Below, piece after piece: positions 51,242 through 62,983 of a stretch of 64,000 bases of DNA; position 1 is the stretch's first letter, and each line of letters opens with the position of its first letter. The translations under genes and the position numbers were made by a program. The DNA is from Paecilomyces variotii (Eukaryota): NCBI GenBank assembly GCA_004022145.1, contig RCNU01000003.1; one strand, written 5' to 3'. The notes below the pieces were generated by a model, which did no database searches, was not told the DNA's origin, and saw only the letters and a list, made by a program, of their open reading frames with translations.

Positions 51242-52188
51242 CGTGGTGAACGTCGTAGATTGCGAAAGCGCCTCGTCCACCTGCCGTCAAGACGTTTCGA
51301 CGTAGAAAGTGCCGTTATTGAAGCTGGTCCATGTATCCACGTCTGTCTGTAGTGGGAGATCCTAGATAGGTTCCGAGAAGGTCCGGTCGTTCGACTAGGC
51401 ATCGATCGGTTGTGGGCAGCAAAGAGAAAGCCAGGTAGTAATAATAATATGCCCCGGAGTCCTGCAACAGGGTATGATGATCCTCTTAAGGATGAGCCGA
51501 GCCAGTCAGGTCACCATGAAACGGGCAGCGTAAGCATAGACCACGGTATGTATCGGCGCACGTATTGGTATCTCTTGTAACGGCAGAGGGGCAGAAGAAG
51601 CAATGAGTGGGACGCGCAGCTGAGGAAAAAGCAAACAATAAGTAATTACACAGTATCGAGAGTCGTAGTAGTGTATAGAGAGCAGCGGACGGGACACTAG
51701 CGGGGGGGTGGCAGTTTGGCGTCGAAGGCCAGGATCAGCCTCGCAAGGGGGGCGGAAGGAAAACCGGACAAGGCCAGTAGTCGTAGTGTTATCGTATCGT
51801 ATCGTCGCGATCGGGCGTGGCTGCAGTCCAGTCGACGCAGGTCAACGTGGGATGCAGCTGGAACGAACCCTGCAACGCCATATAAGGCCGGCGTGGCAGC
51901 GCAAGTGGGTTCGGGCTGGCACTGCCCTTTTTCCTTGCGGTCGGTATTTGATTTGATTTGATTTTCGATCGCCAAGTGCGTGTAGACTACCGGGTGAAAG
52001 CGCCGCAGATGATCAGTCCCAGGATGGATGATTGCTGAAAGGGAAGGGAAGACAAGGGCTAGTTGATGACTGCGCGATTCGTTCGTTGGATGCTCTGGCG
52101 TTGGTCCGTCTCATGGACCTTTTTTGTTCATTCCCGCTCCAGAAAGAAAAAAAAGAAAAAAACGATGCGGGCAGGCGGATGAGATGCG

Positions 52189-52197
52189 ATCAGATAA
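52189..52197 (+). promoter_or_regulatory. SreA-type GATA iron-repression element (ATCWGATAA) upstream of mirC
   Basis: ATCAGATAA is an exact consensus match, with a second AGATAA at 52221-52226. It lies ~950 bp upstream of the transporter ATG. Confidence 0.6.
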
Positions 52198-53961
52198 TAA
52201 TGCTGATGATTTGATTCTCTAGATAAGATCGACTAGAGGAACACAGCATGAACGAGCGAAGTTCCGTGTGACGCTGTCCGGTGCTAACTCACAGTTAGCA
52301 TGTCATGTTGCAGTTGCTCGCCCAATAAACGGGGATTTCCGCGTGGAACGATCGGGTTAGTCGGCAATTCCACCGATCTCGGGTGTAGCCGCAACGCGAC
52401 GGGATGGAGTGGTGCCTTCAAGTTCGCAGTTCGAAAAGCACGAAGGGTGAGTAATGCAACGGATGCTGTTCGACGCGATCTCTCTCTGCGCGATTGTTTT
52501 AATTGGGCTACCACTGACTGCTTGCATTCTCCCCCTATATGGTATTATGGTATTTCATACCGGGTCGAAGGATGTTAAAATCTTTATTGGAACGCAGGCT
52601 GTAACAACATAACATTCCGCAGTCCTGTGGAGAATGCTACTAGAGTAGATAGAGGACTAGTAGCAAGGCTACCTCCACCATCTACGCCGGTGCTTTGTTT
52701 AGGATCATTATTTACTCTAGACGGCGGGTGGGAAGGAATAAAAAAAAGAAAAAAGAAAAAAAAAAAAGGGAGCGGCCATGCCTTGCAATTCTTCGCAACG
52801 GGCTAATACGAGACAAATCTTGGATCATTTTCAGCTACGGTCGCAAGAGACTACAGACGAGCCGGAAAGAATATATGTCAGACCTAGGGAAGACCAAACC
52901 GGGATTTTAGTAGAGCCTGATATAATTTATCCTGTCAGAAGTCACAAGTCTTCCTCCCAGCGTCGGCTTCCGACAGACACACAGACAACTAACAAACGAT
53001 CCGGGCCGGCCCTTTGCTCACTAGAGTATCTAGTTATCTCATGAGCATCGCAGCAGTAAGCAAATGGTGGAGTGGGGTCTTGTCTGCCACCATACTAAAG
53101 AGCTCCCTCGTCTTGGTGTTCACCACTATATCCTGGTTAACAATTAGCAGTCCGCATCACGTACTACAGGAGGACATTGAGCCCAAGACCCCAAGTCCCT
53201 TCCGCGCTAGGAAACCATCGAAAGTAGGCATATTCTCGGAGCGTAAATGAGCGCTGGCCACGGAGACTAGAAAATTTTTGGTATCTTGGAGAATCTGGAG
53301 CTGGCACAGTAGGCGTCGCTATTATTCCCGAAACCAACGTCGCTAATCTCAGGAGCCCAATTGCTATTGCAAGAATACCAGAGCCTATCTTTAGTTCTTT
53401 GTATTCGTTTCCAAGAATAGCGATCGCCGATGGGTGGTTCATGATGATTTCTAGAACAGTAACGGCTAACAAATCGTAAGTTTCCGCACCCACTATTGGT
53501 GAAGTTACCGCCATCAAGTTGTGGGAGGTGACTTTACACGGAGAGGTATTATTAGCAAGTCATCTAGCACTCTTGAAACACAAGAAGAATCAGAGGGTCT
53601 TGTTGGAAAACCCCAACGAAAGTCAAGGCGTGGCGTTACCTACTTAGCGGGTGATCACTCTCAAGAAAACCGCCCTCGAATCTGGTGATTTACGAAACCT
53701 ACAACGTCTGTTCGTCCCATCCATAGCCTTTTCAAACGCCGTGCAAAAGTAGAATCCCGGGCGCCTTTCGTTTCGGGATTTCTGTGCCTGGACTGACTGC
53801 TCGTCGAAAACGGGCAGAGCTCTCCAGCCTGCGAATTCGAACAGCTGCTCACCGCAGGAATCACGTGGATAAGAGCTGGACTCTCCCTCACTCCAATCGC
53901 CGCCGAACGAGACGGGCACCCGTTCGTGGACATCTCCAACAAGGCCAACTTCGAGCACACA

Positions 53962-54764
53962 ATGGCTGATTTTTATTTCAATGGCCAGAAATTTGACCAT
54001 GAGCTTGTAGCAGCAATTTCGAGTCGCCTTGACTCCGTTGGTGTTCCTAATATTCTCTGGGACAACTACCTACTCACCGTTTACGGCGTTCCTACTATTG
54101 TCGATGTGAGCACATTTCACAATATATGGTAAATAAACAATGGCTTACTAACGATCTCTTACAGAGTATTGCTTTTGTTATTCCCGATAAACTTTTAACT
54201 GTCGCCTACTCTGCTCTTCTTAACACTGGCTTTCTTCCATGCGCTTTGGGAACGGGTTGCATATACTCGTCTATGCGGTATCGCCCTACTCCGTCAAGTC
54301 ACCTACATATCACTGAAGAACGAGTTGTATCGCTATATCAAAAGTCTCAGACTCTATTGATATTCCCAGATTTCGATGAAATTCTCCACGATGCCGGAAA
54401 TCCATATATAATGCATGCGTCAGACTCTCAACTTCCATCCGCGTGTCCAGGTCGTGGTGCTGGGCGCTTTCCTTCTTCGCTCTATCCTGTCCGAATCCCA
54501 ACAGCTATCAAATATTGTGAGGCTGTGATTCATTTACTCTGTCGCGACCGTGGAAGTGCTCATGAAAGTTATTGGATCGTGTTACTGACATATATAATGG
54601 AATATGTTGATGGAACGAGCATCTTCAATGAAGAGGCTCTTGCGCAGCCTTACCAGCGCTTATACCATGCCATAAAACATGGTGATCTGAAAATGTATCT
54701 AATATTGGATGAAATTCGCTATGAGTTGATGGGATTAACGAATGATCCTGCTGCAGAGAAATAG
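53962..54764 (+). CDS. Uncharacterised fungal protein, 2 exons
   Basis: MADFYFNGQKFD...VYGVPTIVD joined by a GTGAGC...CAG intron to a ~200-aa ORF. No function recognised. Confidence 0.65.
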
Positions 54765-54844
54765 ATCTACCCAGAACAATAGGAGATGCTAGTGGATCAT
54801 GCAATGAACCCCTTCTCGAAAATGGAAGCCACTCAGCAGATCGG

Positions 54845-55651
54845 CTAGATTCGGACGACCATTTCACTGTTAAATCCTGCAGCTTGTGCGAAGTAATACC
54901 CTCTTTGGTTCGACACCACCCTTTTGCCGGTTTCAGCGTCTTGAAAGTCACAGTTAAAATGCGTGTGTCCAAAGGCCCACAGTTTGACATTGTTGCGTTG
55001 CCAGCATTGTTCCATCTTTAGATCGGTCATGAATCCGGAGGAAATACGGCTGTTTCGATGCCGCGGGTCAATCGCATTCTCATGTGTGGAAGGACAATAA
55101 TGGGTGAAGACAACGATCTTCCTCTGAGGTTCAAAGCGGGAGATCGAGTCGATTTCTGTATTCAGCCACGTAAGATCGGCGACGTGTGCTTCCTGATGCT
55201 TCTCGACGGACCAGTCATCAGTGTGATAGAAATCGTTGAGACCAAAATTAACGCTCTCGACTTGGTCCGCGGTAATATGGGAGAATAAAGTGCAGCCGAG
55301 AATGGTGACAGTCGCCGAGATATCGAATCGTGTCTGGTCGAGAAGAATGAACTTGCCAGTTATCTCTCCCTCCTGAAACATATGATCTGCATCGTGCTTG
55401 AAACGGAGCACTTTCGACTTCGTCTCGGTCCAGTTACTATGATACGGTTCATGGTTGCCAAGGACAAGGAAAACGACACGAAATCTTTGCAACTGCGTGC
55501 GAATGAAATCGAAGAATCCATCGTCCTTGACATAGCCAATGTCGCCCAGCAGTGCCAGGAATGGCGCTTTAGGGGTTATGGTAAAAATATCATAAGCGGA
55601 AGGCGTCTCCAGATGGAGATCTGATAGGAGTTGGATCTGTATCTCATCCAT
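54845..55651 (-). CDS. Calcineurin-like metallophosphoesterase, intronless
   Basis: SDLHLE, LGDIG, GNHE, THY and GHTH metallophosphoesterase motifs. Confidence 0.9.
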   Translation of the reverse strand: MDEIQIQLLSDLHLETPSAYDIFTITPKAPFLALLGDIGYVKDDGFFDFIRTQLQRFRVVFLVLGNHEPYHSNWTETKSKVLRFKHDADHMFQEGEITGKFILLDQTRFDISATVTILGCTLFSHITADQVESVNFGLNDFYHTDDWSVEKHQEAHVADLTWLNTEIDSISRFEPQRKIVVFTHYCPSTHENAIDPRHRNSRISSGFMTDLKMEQCWQRNNVKLWAFGHTHFNCDFQDAETGKRVVSNQRGYYFAQAAGFNSEMVVRI

Positions 55652-56230
55652 GAGTGGTTGGTTAGTTGGGAAGATTTTTATGCTTGTCGCCGAACGGGCG
55701 CTTCTGTGCCTAATATATATGTGGTGATCACCCTTCCATGTGATAACACAGTTGGGGGGACTTTTGCTACTAGTAGATATATTGGTTTCTCTTTGATTAT
55801 TTGAAATCGTAGAAACTGCTATTGAGAAGAAATACTCTTTGCCTCTTTAGATTCTCTTCTGTGCAGTAACTAGTTAGTGTTAATTTTGTACTACGATAAT
55901 GAGACGTTGCATCTTGTAGTTAACTACCGGGCTATCTATGATTTACTCGATCGACTTTTTCAGTGGGTAAGGTGTATAATTGGAACCATAGCTCTGAGAG
56001 ATTGCATTCCCGCATACTCTAGTAAGTAGATTGTTCCCTAAAGGCTCGGGAAACTCAAACTAACAGTACTACTCAGGATCACATCCTGTCGCTCAAGATA
56101 TTCCTTTTTACCTCTTTGCGGCCACTAATAAATATCGACTCGACGTAATTAGCTGCGAAATCAAATATTTCCGTACATCAAGTTGCAAAATCCAAGGGGG
56201 CCAAAAAAAATTACAAAAAAAAAGATGAAA

Positions 56231-56393
56231 CGTCAGCGACAGGATTCGAACCCTGATGAGTATGTTAGCATGTTATTGTATTTTATAATACGATTCGTAT
56301 TAGACTTACTGTGCGGGCGAACCCATTCGATGTCTACTGCCTATCAAAGATAGGGATTCGAGTCGAACGCCTTAACCACTCGGCCACACTGAC
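56231..56393 (-). tRNA. tRNA-Ser(CGA), copy 1, with canonical anticodon intron (56332-56356) and a GT-AG spliceosomal-type intron in the T-stem (56253-56309)
   Basis: Exons 56393-56357, 56331-56310 and 56252-56231 join to an 81-nt cloverleaf: acceptor GTCAGTG/CGCTGAC, A-box TGGCCGAGTGG, anticodon stem TTCGA/TCGAA, variable arm GGG-TTCG-CCC, T-arm ACAGG-TTCGAAT-CCTGT, discriminator G. Oligo-T terminator downstream. Confidence 0.9.
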
Positions 56394-57480
56394 TGCTTAA
56401 TTACTCTTTTCAGTTTATGTGTTAGATCAATCTGTTCTTCACGACAGATAGAATGGACCCCACGAGCGGCGCTTCGCAGACCTATGGTACTTGTTTGGAC
56501 ATCCTAACATCTTCGTGAGATTCTTTTTGATCGATTTGCGCGTACGAATCATTATTGACCTCGAGCTATCAATGCATCAACACCCAGAAACAGTCGAAAT
56601 ATCCAGATTCTCGCTATATCTGCATTTCTATCCGACAATCAACAGTTGTCTGCGCTAGCGCGTACTGTAATACACCTCTGCTACATGGAACAACGAGCTG
56701 TGCACCTTAATAAGTAATAAATCTGCTTTGACGAGGAGGGATATAAAGGAGAAGTTCCAGTTACTCACGCAGTCTCCTGGAAAATATCTAATTTCGTTGA
56801 CTCGCTCAGAACCTCTGCTTAGCCGACTGGCTTTGCTTCCGTCGAGGAAGAGTTCTCAATCTATACTGCGATTCACCCTATCATGGTTCCGTAATGGGGT
56901 ATTTTTACCTTGAGGGAATTAGAGTAGAATAAATGTAGCCTAGATATGCCACTGGCGTGGGTGTACCGCCCATATAAAGCGAGAATGCCATCAATTGCCA
57001 TGCATCTTTTGCACGGTGAATGGGCATGTAATCACAAACTGTCCAAAGGTTTCATCTTGCAGCCTATTTAATAAGGAAGGACTCAAAACAGAGGATTGTC
57101 GTAATAGGGCAAGGGGCATTCCAAGGCCGATTATCGACAGTTATCGTTAACCTACAATATCCTTTTTAGGTATAAGAGTAAAGTTAAATAGTACTGTGTA
57201 ACACAGACACACGGCAGGCTAACGTTTACATTGCATTGCGTCTTGATTGAGCTAGCACCCAGTGGAAGGTCTGTCAATGGTATCATCTCGAGCTACACTG
57301 GTCTATTCCCACTCATCATGACATGGTACGTAATAAGGTAGCCCACAAGTACTAAGTGACAGGCTGCAAAGTAAAGTTAAGGAGTCGAATATTTGGTCTG
57401 AAGTATGTACATAAGAAGGAATTATCTTACATATACAAAAAGCGAAAAATCTCCAAGAATAAGCGTCGTCATAACCTATT

Positions 57481-58539
57481 TCAATCCGATCCCTTCCACT
57501 GCTCCATAAATGCCTCAATACCCCCTCCGACTCCTTCTGGACTAGGCTTCTCAGCACACACATCCGGATCGAAGCCATATTTCGAACGAAGATGATCCCT
57601 CGTCGTCGGCCCGATCGTTGTGATGAACTCCCTCCTTCCCTTATCCTCGGATGTTGAAGTCGACGAACCAGGCAAGAGATCCAGTACTTTCAACATGGCA
57701 TCACACCCCGTTGGGGAAAATACCACCGTCCACAGCGCCCTCTTTTCCTCTCCACTTGATATATACTGTCTTCCACTCTTGACCGCTCGCGCAAAATCAT
57801 TCTCGAATGAATCCATCACTCCCGTCTCATAGACCACGAGCTCGTCAACTTGGATCCGCTCTCGCGATGGTAAAGACTCATCCATTAGTGTACGTGGGAT
57901 GATGTCTCTGCGCTGTTCGCCGACGAGGAAAAGGAGGGACGGCTTCGGATTTGTAGTTTCGTTCTCGTTTTCCGGGTAGAGACCATTGTAGTGCTCTAGG
58001 ATCATCCGCGCGAGGTTCTCGCCGTTCCCAGCTTCGGAGCCGTAGAGCTGCGCATGAGGCAAATGTGTGGATTGGATCGAAGAGAGAGAGCGAGAGGTAG
58101 CGGGTCCGACAGTGTAGAGAATTAGGGATTTGGATGCACTTGTTGCTTTTAGGACTGGTTTTCGTCTGAGTCAGAAAAATTCATGGCATAGAGCTTCAAG
58201 CAAAGGTTCAGATTGAAAGAGAAAACGTCAAGGAAATGCCTGGCACGTACCTCCAATTTCTTCCATAATCCGCGCGAATGCCTCTACCGCCCTCTGACTC
58301 GTGAATATCAATCCGCCATACTTCCGCCCGGATCCTTCATCCAATTGCCCCGAGAGAAAAAGATCCTTCACTATCCTCAAGTTTTCATCGTGGAATCGGT
58401 GCTCCAGCACAGGGACGAAGGTGGGGTTGTAGCCGCGTGATGAGAAGTATTCTTCGTAGCCGTCGTGCGGGGTAGATTTCGTTTTCAGGAGGAAGATGGG
58501 TGGCTTGGAAAAGGAAGGAGGTTGGGTAGATGTGGCCAT
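57481..58539 (-). CDS. HEM4: Uroporphyrinogen-III synthase, 2 exons
   Basis: IFLLKTKSTPHDGY, FVPVLEH, LIFTSQRAVEAF, YTVGPAT, GNGENLA, VYET, FSPTG, IGPTT and KPSPEG. Confidence 0.92.
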
Positions 58540-58928
58540 TGTTTCATGCTCAGTACGGTATAGGAAGACAGTGGACTTGGTCCTTTGGACTGATCTCAGC
58601 CGTCAGATATGCACTTAGCTAAGACTGCTGACGCCCAGCTAAGTTGCGGAGCTCGCGGAGACGTGTGGGGTATATATGAGGATCGGATGGCTTCGTAACC
58701 GCTCTACGCCACGCAAATACCGTTTATTATATGTTACAAGGGCATTTTCAGCACCAATACAGATTGGCCAATATCCCAATATTTGCTCTGTCAATCCAGG
58801 CATTATGATCTACAGAACCGGTGGAAACTAACTACTCTCCACGAAAGCCACCCAGATAGAACACAAATGAAATCAACTAGGTCTAGTCGAGCTTATATAC
58901 ACAAGTTTCAGAAAGAAAACGCACGCAA

Positions 58929-60528
58929 CTACTGGTCGTCCAACACATGCAGGTACTTCTTCTCTTCCTGCTTCTCCCGCTCAGTGGCCGGGGGCAGGTC
59001 GGCGTACTGAGAACTCCGGTAGCCCAGCTGTAGCCTGGTTAGATATCTCATATATAGCTGACTGAGAGGAGAAAAGGCTTACCAGGTAGTGGAAGGTGAG
59101 GTTGCTGAGTTCAGCGGGCTCAATTCCTAGATCCTTAAAGGTCTTGGCTGTGGGGTCAATCTTCTGGTCGATGAATTCCCTCTCGACCTCATCGGCAGAG
59201 AGAGTGGGCCACCAGATGAGCTTGTTGAGCCAGTAAGCAGCCGGCTTCAGGATGGCCTTGGGGAGGTTGATGTGACGGCGGTGCTTGATGATCTCACGGT
59301 CAACGAGCTCAGCGATTTCAGCGGTGGAGTAGTTTTTAGGACCGTAAAGCTCGAAAGTCTCCGAAGCGGTGGTGTCATCGTGCAGCATGCGTTCAAGAGC
59401 GGTGCCAACATCGATAACCTATAATGGTTAGCCGTTGCACTGGTTGCCTTAGATGTCCATCCACTTACGTGAACAGGCCAGTAGCGCTCCTGCATGTGGT
59501 TGGCCGTGAGGAGGTTGGTGACACCAGCGAGCTTGTGGAGCAGGTTGTCTTCGAAACCAAACATGGGCGCAGGACGGACGATGGTAGTCTCAGGGAAGAT
59601 GTCACGGGCGACCTTCTCACCCCATCCCTATCGATATAATTCAGTATGCGCCTGACGTCTCATTAACCGCAGGATGGACGAACCTTGGTACGGAAATAGT
59701 CGGATGGCGAGTCCATGTCTGCGTTGAAGGAGGAGACGTGGATGAAACGGTCAACGTCGTACTTGGCGACTGCTTCCGCAATACGCTCGGTACCATCAAC
59801 ATGAACATCCTCGTAGGAGAAGTTCCTATTAACTCTTCAGCATGACTTCCAACAAGATTTGAGGTAAATTAAAACCAACTTTGTAGGATACTGGCGACCA
59901 ACAAGGTTGTAGACGACATCTGAGTGACGAACACTCTCCTCAATCGACTGGGTGTTGCGGAGGTCGTATTCCTGGACGCGCAAAGGATCAGTATGGCGCT
60001 CAGTCCTTCGTCGAATTGCCAAATCGTACCATGAAGACGACTCTTCCCAGATCACCAGTAACTTTGAGGTGACGCTTGGCCATTTCCTCACGGTAAGGAA
60101 CGACAACGGTGCATCCTTGGCGGGCTGTTGCGATATCAGTCACAAAGCATCCCTGGTGTTCAAGTCATGGCAGACATACCCAGTCTGTTCACAATGTAGC
60201 GGCCCAGGAATCCAGTAGCACCGAAGACGGTGGCAGTATGACCTGCGACTTCATTGAGCCAAAATTCGACGGAAGGAAGAATTAGTAGGGATGTGTACCT
60301 CCAAGGGACGACCTGCGGGAAGAAGACTGTCAGTTAGACCTCGGCACACAACGACAACCCAGCCTTCACTCACCGTCCACCCTGAACCTTGATGATGGGC
60401 TTTCCAGTCCTGGTGATCGACACATCTTGAATAGATCTACGCTGCTGCAATTGGAACTGCGCGCGAGCATTGATGGGTGCGGGGGCGAACGCCCTCGAGG
60501 CGCTGCTGATGGCCCGGGACTTCTGCAT
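58929..60528 (-). CDS. NDUFA9: NADH:ubiquinone oxidoreductase 39/40-kDa subunit (NDUFA9 homologue), multi-exon
   Basis: Mitochondrial presequence, ATVFGATGFLGRY, HLKVTGDLG, VRHSDVVYNLVGR, VRPAPMFGFED. Confidence 0.93.
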
Positions 60529-60993
60529 GGTCGCTCTGCGGATGAATGACTGTTAGAAAAGAAGAGCCCACCAAGTTAAGGACCAATTGACGGTCCGGCA
60601 GCAGTGATCTTGGTGGACGAGACTCACTGCAGAGCTTGAAGCGTTCCTGTGCTTGGTGGTTGCTGGTCCCTCGTCTCCAGAAGTTGAGCAGAGCACGGGA
60701 CTTGCAGCACGATGCGCTAACCCAAATCTGGACACAAATCGCACCTTAATCGTTGAGCCGCATCAAGCATGTACCAATGCCTTTGGAGATATTTCCAACC
60801 TTCAGCAATTGCTGTTCTACCGGAGATATTTACGAGGGATGTATTCCTACTTTTATATAGTTTCAACAATTAGTATTTAAAGAGCTAACAAACTATCATA
60901 GGAAATGCACGTGCCCAGTGCTTTGGACTTCGACCCTCTCTCCAAGAATGACTTGGAAGCGGTACAGCTAGATCATAGAGGACAAACGTGCCA

Positions 60994-61824
60994 TCATGCA
61001 CAATCTGCCCTCGCAAAGAACAGCGTCCTTTGTTGGTCCTTGCCCTTCATGACGAATTTCATTGGCTTCTCCACGACCTGGTAGTCGAACGCCGCCTCTA
61101 CTCCAGCATCTTCGCATAGCTTCCTCACCTCATCGCGTGTAAAGCCATGCTTCCCTATTGTCGCTGCAGCTTCTGGATGATCTTTGTGGAACTCGTGAGT
61201 GTGCTTGTCGGGAACGAAGTCTACGATGAGTAATGTGCCACCTTTCTTCAACCTGTCCGCGAGGCGTTTGAGAGCGAACTCCGGATCAGGGAAGTGGTGA
61301 AGTGCCAAACTGACGACAACTATGTCGAAATTAAAGAGATTTGGTTCACAAAGCTCATCTGCAATGGTTTCACAGAGCAGGTCGCCCTTAAGCCCAACCA
61401 TCTTTTCTGCGACTCCGGCCTCCCTGGCATTCTTGTTGAACTCAGCAATCATGTTGTCGGAAACATCGATGCCTACTGCCTTTGTAACGAATGGAGCCAA
61501 AGTCTATGTGCGTTAGCTTCTTGTGTAGGTGTCTATCTGACAATATCCAATGCATACGCTTGAGACAGTACCCGGGCCACAGGCATAGTCCAAGAGCGTG
61601 ATTTCTTGGTCTCTTCCACCCTCAGTGTCTGTCCATTTGGGACTAATCCAATGACGGCGAGACTCTATCTCGCTGATCAAGAGCTGTGTTGCCTCGGCGA
61701 AGTCAGTTTTGTAATGAGTTGCCTTTTCGCTGTGGCTGATTGTCAGATAATCAAGTCATGACCACACAACTTTCTGCCTGGCTTACTCGAAATAGTGCCG
61801 ATTTGCTTCAGTAAAATGAGACAT
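60994..61824 (-). CDS. Class I SAM-dependent methyltransferase, 3 exons
   Basis: MSHFTEANRHYFD, LLDYACGPG, GIDVSDNM, FDIVVVSLALHHF and LKKGGTLLIVDF. Confidence 0.88.
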
Positions 61825-62494
61825 CTTGATAGGCGACGAGGTTGCAAGTATCCTTTCTTCAACACAAGAAACACAAGAATATGTGGGTTTCTTTGGAATC
61901 GACGTCAAGTGAGAACTGCAGGGTGCTTGTTTAATGCAATTTGAATAAGTAGAAGCCTGCGCAGTCGATATTAAAAGAATAACCGTAAGACCGAATTGGT
62001 TGTATGTGAATCTGGGCTTTTATACCAGGTCCTGGCTCGGAGACATATCGGATACTTCTGATATCGTCCACGATGGGCCCCACTCCAGCTGCAGTAGTAT
62101 CTGCTCTCCAGATGCAGATGGCCCTGGTAAATTATCCGTGTAGCCTAGTTTGGGCTCAAAATGTCTGCTGCGATGGCAGAAAAAAGCAATAAGGAGGGGC
62201 TTTTAACTTTTAGTTCGAGGATGTACCATATGTAGTTCCACCAAGGTAGCAAGGTGGCATAGCTCCCTTTCTGAGCAAGTAAAGGACGTCTTCGACTACC
62301 CTGTTTATTCACGTATTTGGTATCAATCACGAATTCGTTGGCTCAGAAATGGGGAAGTAAGTTACTCCGTTTTGAGTCTGTTGCGGCTCGACAACATCAA
62401 CCATGTCAACCTACCTATGGGCAACAGCAGTCTACTACTCGACTACTCCGGTGTTTGAGACACAAAAAAACAAGAAAAAAAAAAAGAAAGCAAC

Positions 62495-62659
62495 CGTCAG
62501 CGACAGGATTCGAACCCTGATTGGTACATGTTAGTTTATCTTGTTTTTTTCTGTAATTCAGTTCGAAGTAGACTTACTGTGCGGGCGAACCCATTCGATG
62601 TCTACTCCTATCATAGATAGTATTCGAGTCGAACGCCTTAACCACTCGGCCACACTGAC
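62495..62659 (-). tRNA. tRNA-Ser(CGA), copy 2, with canonical anticodon intron (62600-62622) and a GT-AG spliceosomal-type intron in the T-stem (62517-62577)
   Basis: Exons 62659-62623, 62599-62578 and 62516-62495 are identical to copy 1 while both introns are diverged. Oligo-T terminator downstream. Confidence 0.9.
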
Positions 62660-62742
62660 ATAACTGGCGGAAATTTTTGCCAGCGGTAGTCTAATAATAC
62701 TACTCCGCGTGCCTTATCAAGATCGAGGCGATCCCTCCGCGC

Positions 62743-62790
62743 GGAGCTTGTAGCCTGAGTACGGCGCCGCAGAGACACCCGTTTAGCTCC
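62743..62790. promoter_or_regulatory. Two inverted GGAGCT motifs upstream of RPN9 (candidate Rpn4-type proteasome elements)
   Basis: GGAGCT 62743-62748 and AGCTCC 62785-62790. GGAGCT is the motif associated with proteasome promoters in filamentous ascomycetes, but it is short and could occur by chance. Confidence 0.35.
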
Positions 62791-62983
62791 ACGTCGGCCT
62801 TCCTTCAGTGATCACGGCGGAGGGACAGCTTCGTCAGCATACACACCTTTATACCTCGACTTGCTGCCATCGTCCAGCTCTTTAGACCCTGAAATCATCA
62901 TCTTGCCCTCCTTACCTCCTCCTGGGGCCTTGAATTATTCTCTCCGCAGCCCGTCCCTGTTGACACCCGCCTCCTTCCCTACC

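Noticed and set aside
53014-53640. Short ORFs on both strands upstream of the uncharacterised gene
   Set aside because: Might be a decayed gene, but no family was recognisable and there is no coherent start or splice structure.
56231-56252. Reading the tRNA loci as tRNA fragments, SINEs or pseudogenes
   Set aside because: Exact cloverleaf restoration on GT-AG excision and fully identical exons in two copies with diverged introns argue against decay.
49213-60528. Apparent iron/heme theme (mirC, HEM4, complex I subunit)
   Set aside because: The genes are interspersed with unrelated ones and only mirC shows an SreA-type site, so this is not a cluster.
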